Positions 20,816-30,630 of a stretch of DNA of 64,000 nt are shown piece after piece. Within the stretch, counting starts at the first letter, position 1. Each line of letters starts with the position of its first letter. The DNA comes from Candidatus Latescibacterota bacterium. Lineage in GTDB: Bacteria > Latescibacterota > UBA2968 > GCA-2709665. The notes beneath the pieces are model-generated. The model was not told the DNA's origin. It made no database searches and was given only the letters and a program-made list of their open reading frames with translations. The stretch is taken from contig OZ241917.1 in assembly GCA_965203805.1 (NCBI GenBank), forward strand, positions 5,216,001 to 5,280,000. Direction: 5' to 3'. Both the position numbers and the translations under genes were made by a program.

Positions 20816-20844
20816 AAGATAGATCCGGGCATCCGGGAAGTCAA
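20816..20844 (-). promoter_or_regulatory. Sigma70-type promoter for the candidate sRNA
   Basis: TTGACT (20844-20839), 17-bp spacer, TATCTT (20821-20816); the same -10 hexamer is used by the thi promoter. Confidence 0.6.
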
Positions 20845-20874
20845 CAGTAAATATCGGTTGTGATGTGCGTGGGA

Positions 20875-21501
20875 TCAGGCGGTCCGGATGCGGGCGATCA
20901 GGTCCCGGGTTGCGGCTTCGGGGTCGTCCCGGCAGCAGACCGCCGATATCACCGCGACGCCGTGTGCCCCCGACCGCACCACGTCTGCAGCGTTTTCCGC
21001 GCCGATGCCCCCGATGGCGATCACGGGCGCTTGCACGACTCGGGCGAAGTCAGCCAGCTTCTCCAGACCCTGCGCTTCGCCGGCATCGTTCTTGGAACCG
21101 GTGGGAAAAACAGGGCCGAATCCCACGTAGTCCGCGCCGTCCTCGATACCGCGGCGGGCTTCTTCGGGATTTCCGGCGGATACGCCGATGATCCGCCCGG
21201 CGCCCAGGATATTTCTGGCGAGCGAGACCGGGAAATCGTCCTGTCCGAGGTGTACGCCGTCGGCGTCCGCGGCGAGGGCGACGTCGACGCGGTCGTTGAC
21301 AATGAGGGGAACGCCCGACCGCGAACAGATATCCCGCATGGCGCGCGCGGTCTCGATCATGGCCCGGGTGTGTCCGGTTTTCTGCCGGTACTGCACGGTG
21401 TCCGCGCCGCCGCCGACGGCCATGCGTGCAAGGTCTGCATGGGAGTTACGGGTCTGCAGAACGGTATCTGTGAGGACGTGGAGCGCGCCGATTCGGTTCA
21501 T
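20875..21501 (-). CDS. thiE: Thiamine-phosphate synthase
   Basis: VQYRQK, LIVNDRVDVA, DGVHLGQDD, GPVFPTGSK, IAIGGI; ATGA overlap with thiD. Confidence 0.92.
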   Translation of the reverse strand: MNRIGALHVLTDTVLQTRNSHADLARMAVGGGADTVQYRQKTGHTRAMIETARAMRDICSRSGVPLIVNDRVDVALAADADGVHLGQDDFPVSLARNILGAGRIIGVSAGNPEEARRGIEDGADYVGFGPVFPTGSKNDAGEAQGLEKLADFARVVQAPVIAIGGIGAENAADVVRSGAHGVAVISAVCCRDDPEAATRDLIARIRTA

Positions 21502-22295
21502 TGCCGGTCGTCGAGAAGGTAGAAGTGATGGGTGGGTCCGCGGCCCCCGCCAATGTCGAGTCCGCGGCGAATGGCTTCGGTTACGTACGTTTTGGCGTTT
21601 TCGACGGCGGATATGACGTCGCAGCCCTTGGCGAGGTTCGCCGCGACCGCGGCCGACAGGGTGCAACCCGTGCCGTGCGTGTTCCGGGCCGCAATTCGTC
21701 CTCGTGAAAAAACGGTGACTTCGGATCCGTCGTACATCACGTCCGCCGCGGAGTCGTTATCGCACAGATGCCCGCCTTTCACGAGCACGGCCCCGGGGCC
21801 GGCATCGAAGATGACGCGGGCAGCCGCCTTCGCTTGCTCCAGGGTCTCGACGGGCGCGCCCGCCAGAATCCGGGCTTCGCGCAAGTTGGGCGTGACGAGC
21901 GCGGCCAGGGGAAGGAGCCGTTCTCTAAGGCTGCGAACGGCTTCGGGTTCAAGCAGGTCGACGCCGCTGGAGGAGACCATCACCGGGTCGACGACGACGT
22001 TGGGCGCGCGAGATTCGGCGAGTCTGTCGGCGACGACGTCGACCACCCGTTCCGAAGACAGCATCCCGGTCTTCACCGCGGAAACGTCGAAGTCATCGAA
22101 CACCGCGTCAATCTGGGATTCGATGAGGTCTGCCGGCAGTTCGAACGTCTGCCTGACCTCTCTCGTGTTCTGTGCGGTTACCGCTGTGACAACCGATAGG
22201 CCGTAGACGCCGTTGGCGTGAAAGGACTTGAGGTCGGCCTGGATACCCGCGCCGCCGCCCGGGTCGGAACCGGCAATGGTGAGGACCTGTTTCAT
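21498..22295 (-). CDS. thiD: Hydroxymethylpyrimidine/phosphomethylpyrimidine kinase
   Basis: [45 protein letters not shown]. Confidence 0.96.
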   Translation of the reverse strand: MKQVLTIAGSDPGGGAGIQADLKSFHANGVYGLSVVTAVTAQNTREVRQTFELPADLIESQIDAVFDDFDVSAVKTGMLSSERVVDVVADRLAESRAPNVVVDPVMVSSSGVDLLEPEAVRSLRERLLPLAALVTPNLREARILAGAPVETLEQAKAAARVIFDAGPGAVLVKGGHLCDNDSAADVMYDGSEVTVFSRGRIAARNTHGTGCTLSAAVAANLAKGCDVISAVENAKTYVTEAIRRGLDIGGGRGPTHHFYLLDDRQ

Positions 22296-22957
22296 GGGGG
22301 CTGCGGATGGGGTTGGCCGGGTTCGGACGCCCAGGCCTTGATATAGCCGGTCACGGCTGACGGGATATCGTCCGCGGCGAGGATTCCCGACATAACGGCA
22401 ACGCCCGCGGCGCCGTTTTCCTTGCATGCGGCGACGCGTCCGGGTGTGATACCGCCCAGGGCGTATACGGGAAGGGACGAGCATTCCGTGGCGCGGCGCA
22501 GGGCGGCGGCCCCCGCGCCGGGACCGTATCCCGGTTTCGAACCCGGACGGTAGATTGGGCCGAAAGTGATAAAATCGGCGCCGTCGGAATCCTTGCATTC
22601 CTCCCGGTTGTGGGTTGAACGGCCGATGAGCAGGCGGTTTCCATATTGCTGTCGAATCCTCGACGGGGCGGGTCCGTATGCCGGAAGATGGACGCCGGCC
22701 GCGCCGATGTCCCGTGCGAGCCGGGCATGCGTGTTGACGAGCATGAGCGCGCCATATTTCTCAACGCGTCTATGGAGGCGTGACGCCAGCCCCCGGAGTT
22801 CGCGCGACTCGAGGTGTTTTTCCCTCAGCTGGATGAGGCGGACACCGGCATCCAGCGCCTCGGCGAGAGCGTCCTCCAGTTCGCCGGGCGCGCACGTTGC
22901 CCGGTCCGCAATCAGATAGAGGGAGGGCAGGTTCTTCGCGCGCGTTGTCTCATTCAT
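22292..22957 (-). CDS. ThiE paralogue, probably thiazole tautomerase TenI-like
   Basis: IQLREK, GVHLP, GRSTH, FGPIY-x3-SKPG, YALGGI. It lacks the ND...HLGQDD of true ThiE. Confidence 0.8.
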   Translation of the reverse strand: MNETTRAKNLPSLYLIADRATCAPGELEDALAEALDAGVRLIQLREKHLESRELRGLASRLHRRVEKYGALMLVNTHARLARDIGAAGVHLPAYGPAPSRIRQQYGNRLLIGRSTHNREECKDSDGADFITFGPIYRPGSKPGYGPGAGAAALRRATECSSLPVYALGGITPGRVAACKENGAAGVAVMSGILAADDIPSAVTGYIKAWASEPGQPHPQPP

Positions 22958-23729
22958 GGCCGACCACGCCCTCCATTGACGTGGAAGCCGTGGCGTAGAG
23001 CTTTTGGGGGATGCGTCCGGCCTCGTACGCAAGCCGGCCCGCGCGGACGGCCTGACCCATGGCTTCCGCCATCAGCACGGGGCGGCGGGCGCCTGCCACG
23101 GCCGTATTCAGCATCACGCCGTCGCAGCCGAGCTCCATCGCCTCGGCGGCGTCGGAGGCAGTGCCCACCCCGGCGTCGACGATAACGGGGAGGTCGACCG
23201 TGTCCAGGATGATGCGGAGATTGTAAGGGTTGCGAATGCCCATTCCGGAGCCGATAGGCGCGCCGAGGGGCATGATAGCGGCACAGCCGGCGTCTTCCAG
23301 CTTCTTGCAGGTTACGGGGTCGTCGTTGCAGTAGGGCAACACCGTGAATCCGTCCCGAATCAATTCGTTCGCCGCTTCCAGCAATCCGGCAACGTCCGGG
23401 AAGAGAGTGTTCTCGTCTCCGATGACCTCCAGCTTGATCAGGTCGGTTTTCAAGGCTTCGCGCGCGAGCCTGGCCGTGAGCACGGCGTCCCGGGCGGTGA
23501 AACACCCCGCGGTGTTTGGCAGCAGCGTGAACCGGTTGCGGTCGATCAGATCGATCAGGTTCTCGCCGGAGGGATCGTTCAGGTTGATGCGGCGGATGCC
23601 GACGGTCACGATATCGGCCCCGCTGGCGCGAATGGCGTCCAGCATAACCTGCATGTTGGGGTACCGCGCGGTCCCTATAATCAGCCGGGAAGCGTAGGTC
23701 GCGCCGGCAATGGTCAGGCCGTCAGACAT
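22950..23729 (-). CDS. thiG: Thiazole synthase
   Basis: [43 protein letters not shown]. Confidence 0.97.
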   Translation of the reverse strand: MSDGLTIAGATYASRLIIGTARYPNMQVMLDAIRASGADIVTVGIRRINLNDPSGENLIDLIDRNRFTLLPNTAGCFTARDAVLTARLAREALKTDLIKLEVIGDENTLFPDVAGLLEAANELIRDGFTVLPYCNDDPVTCKKLEDAGCAAIMPLGAPIGSGMGIRNPYNLRIILDTVDLPVIVDAGVGTASDAAEAMELGCDGVMLNTAVAGARRPVLMAEAMGQAVRAGRLAYEAGRIPQKLYATASTSMEGVVGHE

Positions 23730-23782
23730 ATTTCCCTCGTTGAATCGCGTCTCGGACACGCGGGCGTCCTGCTGTCTTGCAA

Positions 23783-23989
23783 CTATCCGCCCTGGACCGC
23801 GGCGATGATGTCCACCCTGTCGCCGCTGCCGAGCCGCTTTGAAATCCACTCCGCCCGGGTCACGATTTCGGCATTGACGGCAACCGCGATGCCTTTGCGG
23901 TCCGGATCATGAGACAGGTCGATCAGCAGGTCCCGGATGGAGATGCCGCAGTCGACGGTCCTGTTTTCTCCGTTCAACGTGATCTGCAT
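23783..23989 (-). CDS. thiS: Sulfur carrier protein ThiS
   Basis: 68 aa, MQITLNGE...AVAVNAEIV...DIIAAVQGG with C-terminal di-Gly. Confidence 0.95.
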   Translation of the reverse strand: MQITLNGENRTVDCGISIRDLLIDLSHDPDRKGIAVAVNAEIVTRAEWISKRLGSGDRVDIIAAVQGG

Positions 23990-24000
23990 GGCGTCTTGTT

Positions 24001-25137
24001 TCAGGCGGTGAATCGGTAGATGCCGAACGGTCGGATTTCCTCCGGCGTGTTTCCGGTGAGCACAAGTTCGGCGATGGCACAGGCGGTGACGGGCGCCAGC
24101 AGGATGCCCTTGCGATAATGGCCCGTGGCCATGATAAGGCCGTCGACCGGCGTTTTTCCGAGGATGGGCGCGTCGTCCCGACTGCCCGGCCGAAGTCCGG
24201 CGGCGGTTTCGGCGATCGGCAGGTCGTAAATCCCGGGAACGACCTCCCAGGCCGCGCGCAGGAGTTCGAAAATGCCGCCGGCCGTCAGGCTGCTGTCGTA
24301 ACCCATTTCTTCGGATGTGGCCCCCAAGACGAGGCGACCTCGATCTTTCGGACACAGGTAGGCAACGGCCGATGACGCGGTGCGGTTGTACCAGACGATG
24401 GTTTTCAGGGTGCAGTCGTCGGTCATCTGCAGCCGGAGGATCTGGCCGCGGACAGGTCGCACCGGTGGTTTTGCGGCATCCGGCAGACCCGGAATGAGCC
24501 GCGACCAGCAGCCCGCCGCCAGAATGACCGCAGCCGCAGGGTACGATTCTTCGCCGGCCACAACGCCTTCGACCCGGTTCCGGGCAATGCCGATGTTCTC
24601 GACCGGCGTGGATTCCACGAGGGATCCGCCGGCCCTCAGGAATGCCCGCCGCAGGGCCTGTACCAGCCGCCGGTTGTCCACCTGGTGGTCTCCAGGGCAC
24701 CAGACCGCGGCGCCGACCTGTGGCGAGAGTTGCGGCTCCCGCGCACGTGCCTCGACGCCGTTCAGCCATTCCACGGGCAGGCCGAGGCCCTGCTGGTAGT
24801 CGTAGCGGAAACGCAGGTATTCGATGTCGTCGCGGGTGACGCCCACGAGAAGGACGCCGTCGGGGCGATAGCCCACGCGCATCCCGCTCTCGGACTCGAG
24901 TTCCGACGCAAAGTCCGGGAATCGCTCGAGACTCTTCAGGCCAAGCCGAAGGAGCCCCTCCTCTTCGTGTCGCACCTCCGCCAGCGGCGTGAGCATACCG
25001 GCGGAAGCCCGGCTGGCGGCCTGACCCGCGCGGTCCCGATCGAAGATCAGGACGTCCCGTCCCGCCCTGGCGAGTCGCCAGCCGATGCCGAGTCCGATAA
25101 CGCCCGCGCCGACGATAATGATCCGGTCCGATGCCAA
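24001..25137 (-). CDS. thiO: Glycine oxidase
   Basis: IVGAGVIG, ASRASAGML, PVRGQ, GLRPGS, TGHYRKGILLAP; TTG start placed below the riboswitch. Confidence 0.93.
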   Translation of the reverse strand: MASDRIIIVGAGVIGLGIGWRLARAGRDVLIFDRDRAGQAASRASAGMLTPLAEVRHEEEGLLRLGLKSLERFPDFASELESESGMRVGYRPDGVLLVGVTRDDIEYLRFRYDYQQGLGLPVEWLNGVEARAREPQLSPQVGAAVWCPGDHQVDNRRLVQALRRAFLRAGGSLVESTPVENIGIARNRVEGVVAGEESYPAAAVILAAGCWSRLIPGLPDAAKPPVRPVRGQILRLQMTDDCTLKTIVWYNRTASSAVAYLCPKDRGRLVLGATSEEMGYDSSLTAGGIFELLRAAWEVVPGIYDLPIAETAAGLRPGSRDDAPILGKTPVDGLIMATGHYRKGILLAPVTACAIAELVLTGNTPEEIRPFGIYRFTA

Positions 25138-25150
25138 CGGATACAGTCCC

Positions 25151-25188
25151 AAAAAAGCCGCCGCCCTCGAACAGGTCGAAAAGCGGCT
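25151..25188 (-). terminator. Riboswitch expression-platform terminator
   Basis: AGCCGCTTTTCGA-loop-TCGAGGGCGGCGGCT followed by a T-run between the aptamer and the thiO start. Confidence 0.65.
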
Positions 25189-25202
25189 GGGGTGCGGTTC
25201 CT

Positions 25203-25277
25203 GGACTCCCTGCGCCGGCATAATCCGGATCAGGTTCAAAGGGTATGTTCTCAGCTCGGCGGGCGAGCACCCCTGCG
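25203..25277 (-). promoter_or_regulatory. TPP riboswitch
   Basis: Minus strand GGGGTGC...GCTGAGA-ACATACCC-TTTGAACCTGATCCGGATTATGCCGGCGCAGGGA, upstream of the thi operon. Confidence 0.96.
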
Positions 25278-25289
25278 TTGTTATGCGTT

Positions 25290-25318
25290 AAGATAGCGGT
25301 TCGGCCGCCCTCCGTCAA
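25290..25318 (-). promoter_or_regulatory. Sigma70-type promoter of the thi operon
   Basis: TTGACG-N17-TATCTT just upstream of the aptamer. Confidence 0.65.
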
Positions 25319-25355
25319 GCGATTCCGCTTGACATCGATGGATGATTGATTATTA

Positions 25356-25599
25356 AAGGCGGTGAGACGGGAGAGGGTGGACGGGAGACGATATGAGTGC
25401 CTTATGGTTTTTCCGGTCGTAACGATAACGAAAAAAAACTGGCACGGTTAATGTCGAAACACTGTGGAAACGCCTTCCTCTACCGTCTTGCGTCTCACGT
25501 CTCACCGGTTTTTTTGCCCGTGCGGTTTCAGTTCTTGCCGGAGGCATTAACGAAGAAGCAATCGGGAACGGACGTCATCTGCCGTCTCACGTCTAACCG
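25356..25599. repeat. Dispersed heptamer-arm element, copy B (composite)
   Basis: GCGGTGAGACGGGAGA...CCGTCTTGCGTCTCACGTCTCACCG, then core 25515-25599 matching 2304-2397. Confidence 0.7.
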
Positions 25600-25615
25600 A
25601 ATTTAAGGGGGTTAT

Positions 25616-26812
25616 GTGGCTGATTTCACACTGAGGGTTCACGCCGGGCCGCACCGGCGAATCAACTGTCCGGTTTCCATAATTGTAGCCGGAACTGAAA
25701 GGACGCAACCTGTTCTCGATCGTCTGGATCGGAACGGGTCCGGTGCGGGGATTGGAAATCTGGTTGGCAGGAACGGCAGTATCCCCTGCCAGGTGCATCG
25801 TGAGGGGGACGGCTTCCGGTTCAGTTGGATCGTGGACGATCTGCCCGAGGGGGAAACGGCGGACTTTGGCCTGGAAGCAGGCGGACACGCGTCGTCCGGC
25901 GGCGGGGTCGAACTGTCCGAAGCCGGTGATCGCGTCCAGGTGCGGATCGACGGTACCCAGTTCACGAGTTATTGCTTCGGAAAGGACCTCGTCAGACCGC
26001 ACCTTTACCCGGTCATCGGGCCGTACGGGGACGGGATCACGCGACCCCTGATCGACGAGGGAGAAGGCGACCATCACCACCACCGCTCCGTCTGGATTTC
26101 GCACGGCCACGTCAACGGATGGAACAACTGGGGTGAAGGCGAGGGACACGCGTGGACCCGCCATCAGCGATTCGACGGCCTGGAAAGCGGCCCGGTCTGC
26201 GGCCGGATCGTATCGGTCAGCAACTGGGAGGGCGCCGATGCATGGCGCGGCGAGCATGGGTCCAACGTAATCTGCGAGGAACGGGCGGAGTGGACATTCT
26301 ACCGGACCGGACCGGACGTGCGGATCTTCGACCTGCGCCTTACGCTGACCGCGCCGAAGATCGACGTCCTCTTCGGCGACACGAAGGAAGGCGGCCTGGC
26401 GTCGATCAGGGTGGCCGAATCCATGGAAGTTCGGTCCGGTGAGGGCGGAAAAATCGAAAACGCGACTGGGGGTGTCAACGAGGACGAAACATGGGGCAAG
26501 CGAGCCGCGTGGTGCCACTATACCGGGCCGGTGAACGGCAACCGCGTGGGCGTAGCCATCATGGACCATCCCGACAGTTTCCGGCATCCCGTATACTGGC
26601 ACGTACGCAATTACGGCCTGATGACGGCCAATCCGTTCGGTCATTCGCATTTTTACGCCGACCCGGAACGGCGAGGGAACCACGTACTCCCGCCCGGCGA
26701 GTCGATCACCGGCCGTTACAGGTTCTACGTGCACAAAGGAGACGCGGCCGAGGGTCGGATCACCGACCGTTATCACGATTTCGCCTACCCTCCGACGGTG
26801 GAGGTCGCGTAG
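25616..26812 (+). CDS. DUF6807/PmoA-like family protein (not a true methane monooxygenase subunit)
   Basis: RPHLYPVIGP, DHHHHRSVW, FGDTKEGG, IMDHPDS, WHVRNYGLM-ANPF. Confidence 0.75.
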   Translation: MADFTLRVHAGPHRRINCPVSIIVAGTERTQPVLDRLDRNGSGAGIGNLVGRNGSIPCQVHREGDGFRFSWIVDDLPEGETADFGLEAGGHASSGGGVELSEAGDRVQVRIDGTQFTSYCFGKDLVRPHLYPVIGPYGDGITRPLIDEGEGDHHHHRSVWISHGHVNGWNNWGEGEGHAWTRHQRFDGLESGPVCGRIVSVSNWEGADAWRGEHGSNVICEERAEWTFYRTGPDVRIFDLRLTLTAPKIDVLFGDTKEGGLASIRVAESMEVRSGEGGKIENATGGVNEDETWGKRAAWCHYTGPVNGNRVGVAIMDHPDSFRHPVYWHVRNYGLMTANPFGHSHFYADPERRGNHVLPPGESITGRYRFYVHKGDAAEGRITDRYHDFAYPPTVEVA

Positions 26813-26858
26813 GCAACCTCCGCATGGCGCCGACTCGCGGAAGGCCGGGGACTTTCCG

Positions 26859-28298
26859 ATGGCCGATTCCTTCGAGCGACCACACATCGTCTTCATAACG
26901 ACGGACCAGCAGCGCGGCGACTGCACCGGGATCGACGGCCACCCGATTCTGGAAACGCCTCACCTGGACCAGCTTGCGAACGAGGGCGTCTATTTTTCGA
27001 AAGCGTACTCTCCCTGTCCCGTTTGCGTGCCCGCGCGCATGGTGATGATGACGGGCCAGTCTCCGTACGATACCGGATTCTTCACCAACTCGAGCAAAGC
27101 GATTGGAACGACCGAAACCCTGCCCCGGATTCTGGGCGGCCTGGGGTACCAGACGCAGCTGATCGGCAAGGCGCATTTCAGTCCCCAGCGGGCAAGGCTG
27201 GGGTTCGACAATACGATCATCAACGAGTCCGGCCGGTACCGCGACGGCGACGATTATCACCGGTGGTTGAAGAAGACGCCCTACGCGGGTCTCGAGCGGG
27301 CGACGAGCATCGGGAACAACGACGTGTTCTCCAGAAGGTCGGTCGTGCCCGAGACCCATCACGTGAACACGTGGACGGCGAACGAGTGTATCGAGTTTCT
27401 GGACAGGCGGGATCCCACCTGTCCCTTTTTTCTGTGGATGTCTTTCAGCCGGCCGCATTCACAGTACGATCCGCCCGCGCCGTACGACACCTGGTACGAT
27501 CCGGCCGACGTGCCGCCGCCCATTCGCGCCCCCGGCGACGGTTTTCTTCCACCGGAACTGCAGGAGGCGCCGCTGCGTTTCGACTGGGACCGCATGTCAC
27601 CCGCGCGGGTCGCCCGCGCGCGAGGGCACTATCTGGGGCAGATTACGCATATCGACCATCAGATCGGGCGGTTTCTGGCCGCGCTCCGGTGGAAGGGGTT
27701 GTGGGACGACACGCTGGTGGTTTTTGCCTCGGACCACGGCGACATGATGGGAGACTACGGGCTTTTCTTTAAATCTCATTTTTTCGAGGGTTCCGGTCGC
27801 GTTCCACTGATTCTGCGGCCCCCGAGAGGCAGGCAGGGCGCGATACCGGCGCAGCGGTATGACAAGCCCGTGTCGCTCGTCGACGTGCTGCCCACGCTGG
27901 TCTCGGCGGCGGGCGGCGCCGTTCCCGGGCAGGCGGACGGGGTGTCGCTTCTGCCGGCGCTGGACGGCGAAGACCCGGTCGGCGACCGGATATTTCACGG
28001 GGAAATCGGCGCGGCGCCGCGGCGCCACCACTGCCTGACGGACGGGCGGTACAAATATATGTGGTTCCGGCTGGGGGGCCGGGAATACCTGTTCGACCTG
28101 AAGGAAGACCCCGGCGAAGTGAGCAATCTCGCGGGTGATGAGGCCCGGGCTGCCGTGTGGAGAAACCGGTTGATCGAACTGTTGCTGGCGCGCGGCGATT
28201 CGGCCGTGAAGGACGGGGCGCTGGTGGCCACGCCGTACAGACCAACGCCGGAGGCGGAACTGCGGGCGATGGATCCGTTCGGCCGAAGGCCGCATTAA
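26859..28298 (+). CDS. Formylglycine-dependent sulfatase
   Basis: FITTDQQR, CVPAR (CxPxR), GKAH, SFSRPH, SDHGD. Confidence 0.93.
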   Translation: MADSFERPHIVFITTDQQRGDCTGIDGHPILETPHLDQLANEGVYFSKAYSPCPVCVPARMVMMTGQSPYDTGFFTNSSKAIGTTETLPRILGGLGYQTQLIGKAHFSPQRARLGFDNTIINESGRYRDGDDYHRWLKKTPYAGLERATSIGNNDVFSRRSVVPETHHVNTWTANECIEFLDRRDPTCPFFLWMSFSRPHSQYDPPAPYDTWYDPADVPPPIRAPGDGFLPPELQEAPLRFDWDRMSPARVARARGHYLGQITHIDHQIGRFLAALRWKGLWDDTLVVFASDHGDMMGDYGLFFKSHFFEGSGRVPLILRPPRGRQGAIPAQRYDKPVSLVDVLPTLVSAAGGAVPGQADGVSLLPALDGEDPVGDRIFHGEIGAAPRRHHCLTDGRYKYMWFRLGGREYLFDLKEDPGEVSNLAGDEARAAVWRNRLIELLLARGDSAVKDGALVATPYRPTPEAELRAMDPFGRRPH

Positions 28299-28369
28299 TC
28301 TGGTTCATTCGAAAACATGGACCTATACAGGGTGTACCCTACAATTTACATTATTTCACAACATTGCCC

Positions 28370-28418
28370 TGTCACCCTGAGCCGCTCCCTGAGCTTGTCG
28401 AAAGGTCGGCGAAGGGTC
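28370..28418. repeat. Nested REP-like palindrome
   Basis: GTCACCCTGAGC...GCGAAGGGTC interrupted by CCCTGAGCTTGTCGAAAGG. Confidence 0.5.
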
Positions 28419-28514
28419 GAAAAGTCACGGAAACGCGGGCGCAACACCGTGGCCCGCGGGTAACTGCATCCGAAATCGGGTTTAATCGGGTGTGCGGAAA
28501 GAGGTTGGATCTCT

Positions 28515-28997
28515 GTGGCTGAATCTATTGAAGAACGTCTGGGCGGTCTGCTGGTTGACCGGGGCTGGACCCTTTCGGTCGCTGAAACGACGGCGGGCGG
28601 ACTGATTTGCGCGCGCATCGTGGGTGTGCCCGGCAGTTCGGCTTGGTTCGAACGCGGCGTGGTGGCTTACAGCACACAAAGCAAGATTCAATGGTTGGGC
28701 GTTCAGGATTCCTTGCTGGAGCGCCACGGTACCGTGAGCGGGGAGGTGGCTTCGGCCATGGCCGCGGGCGTGGGCAGGGCGGGCCGGTCCACTTTGGGGC
28801 TGGCCGAGACCGGCATCGCCGGGCCGATTCGGGGACGGTCGCCCAAGCCGTTGGGTACCGCGTATATCGCGCTGTGGACGCCGGAAGGGACCAGATGCCA
28901 ACGCTTCGCGTTTGAGGGGGACCGGAGCAGGATTCGCGAACGGATTGCCGAGCAGGCCCTGGTGACGGCAGCGAGTTTTGTGCAAGATGCGGCTTGA
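28515..28997 (+). CDS. pncC: CinA C-terminal / NMN amidohydrolase
   Basis: VAETTAGGLI, PGSSAWFERGVVAYS-x3-K, HGTVS, TGIAGP. Confidence 0.88.
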   Translation: MAESIEERLGGLLVDRGWTLSVAETTAGGLICARIVGVPGSSAWFERGVVAYSTQSKIQWLGVQDSLLERHGTVSGEVASAMAAGVGRAGRSTLGLAETGIAGPIRGRSPKPLGTAYIALWTPEGTRCQRFAFEGDRSRIRERIAEQALVTAASFVQDAA

Positions 28998-29022
28998 CAC
29001 CGGCTGTTCATTGACATACATT
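28994..29022 (+). promoter_or_regulatory. Sigma70-type promoter of infA
   Basis: TTGACA-N17-TACATT. Confidence 0.55.
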
Positions 29023-29069
29023 GACACCCTGACCTGACGCGGGTCTCCTGACTTCAATCCGGAGGTTGC

Positions 29070-29354
29070 ATGGCAAAAGAGGAAAAGGTCTCACTCGAAG
29101 GAACCGTCACGGATACCCTTCCCGACGGGCAGTACATGGTGGAAGTGGAGGGCGGACATCAGATTCTGGGTTATACGTCGGGCAAGATGCGGCGGTTCAA
29201 TATCCGGGTTCTGGTGGGCGACCGCGTAACAATCGAGACCTCGCCTTACGATCTGAATCGGGGGCGCATCGTGTGGCTGCACCGGTTGCCCCCGCCCGAC
29301 GATGCCGGCGGAAAGCGCCGAGGCGGCGGTAACCGACCCAGGCGTCGGCGATAG
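29070..29354 (+). CDS. infA: Translation initiation factor IF-1 (with basic C-terminal extension)
   Basis: MAKEE...[29 protein letters not shown]; RBS GGAGG. Confidence 0.95.
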   Translation: [94 protein letters not shown]

Positions 29355-29716
29355 TCGGCTGGTCGTTAATTCCCGTAATTACAAGCAGTTCCAATCCATA
29401 CGGATTTCCGCGCGAAAGGCCTGCGCCAACCGCGACACGTATCGTACATTGAATTGGAACTCTACGCTCCGGGCCGTATCAGAATATCGATCGGCCTTTT
29501 TTCATTCCCTGGCTGAACCCTGGCGTCTCAACGAAACTCAAAACCGTTGCAAGATTCGCATTATTGGATTATATCTTGGTTACACGAGAACCTTTAGTGA
29601 CGCGGCCTGCCGACGTCCCCCGCCGCGCCTTCCCCCGGGTCAGGCCGGAACCCGCCTTATCTGCAGCCTTCCGTTTATAGTCCGAATTCCTTTCATCCAT
29701 CTCGCCGGCGTTCGCC

Positions 29717-30439
29717 ATGGAAAATGGAAGGTGTACAATAAAGACTTCGGACTATGCGCTATTCCTGTCGGAATTGGTGGATCAGAGTGTCGATCTGATC
29801 TTGACCGACCCTCCCTATACCATCAGCCGCAGAACTGGATTCAAGAACGTCGGTCCCAGGAGCGTCGAGCGGTTCGCCGTGGACATGGATTTCGGGGCAT
29901 GGGACCACGCCAGAATCGACCTGGACGTTCTGGCCGAACAGGCATTGCGCGTCCTCCGTCGAGGCGGAACGGCAATCATCTTTTACGATTTGTGGAAGAT
30001 GAGCTATCTGGCTGACAGCATGCACAAAGCCGGTTTCAAGCAATTGCGTTTCATCGAGTGGGTCAAGAAAAACCCCGTTCCGCTGAATAGCAAACGGAAC
30101 TACCTGACCAACAGCCGAGAGATTGCCGTATCGGGTGTCCGGACAGGCAAGCCTACGTTTCATAGCGAATACGACAACGGGATATACTCGTTTCCCATAC
30201 CGAACAATGGCAAACGACATCATCCAACTCAAAAGCCAATGTCTTTATTCAAAGAGCTGATTGAAAAACACAGCAACGACGGTGATCTGGTGGTCGATCC
30301 ATTCCTCGGATCGGGGACCACCGCGATTGCCGCATTGAGCCTTTCAAGGCGTTTCAGCGGATGCGATATCGACAAAGGCTATGTCAAAATTGCGAAAGAG
30401 AGAGTCGATGAGGCGAACCAGGGCAGGCATGACTATTGA
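29717..30439 (+). CDS. Beta-class N4-C/N6-A DNA methyltransferase (orphan)
   Basis: LILTDPPY (motif IV) precedes HPTQKP and DPFLGSGT (motif I). Confidence 0.92.
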   Translation: MENGRCTIKTSDYALFLSELVDQSVDLILTDPPYTISRRTGFKNVGPRSVERFAVDMDFGAWDHARIDLDVLAEQALRVLRRGGTAIIFYDLWKMSYLADSMHKAGFKQLRFIEWVKKNPVPLNSKRNYLTNSREIAVSGVRTGKPTFHSEYDNGIYSFPIPNNGKRHHPTQKPMSLFKELIEKHSNDGDLVVDPFLGSGTTAIAALSLSRRFSGCDIDKGYVKIAKERVDEANQGRHDY

Positions 30440-30560
30440 GCTCGCTGGCGGAATCGACGAAGGACGAATTTACAGGGAAAGTGTCCGTAAGTGAGTGAGT
30501 TCTCCGGTCAGGGCAGTGACAACTGTAAAAATCTCGTCTTGACGACATAGGAAAATAAAC

Positions 30561-30589
30561 TTGACACGAGTGCCGAGTTAGTGTACCGT
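30561..30589 (+). promoter_or_regulatory. Sigma70-type promoter of TA-like pair 1
   Basis: TTGACA-N17-TACCGT about 40 bp before ATG 30631. Confidence 0.5.
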
Positions 30590-30630
30590 TTCCACAAAGG
30601 TACCAACACGTACGACTGGGAGCATGTGAC

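Noticed and set aside
23783-25318. 511-aa ORF ending in ThiS
   Set aside because: Only the last 68 aa are ThiS; the rest is an alternate frame over thiO and the riboswitch, not a fusion.
25616-26812. Particulate methane monooxygenase subunit
   Set aside because: Soluble protein without pmoB/pmoC; the family name is misleading.
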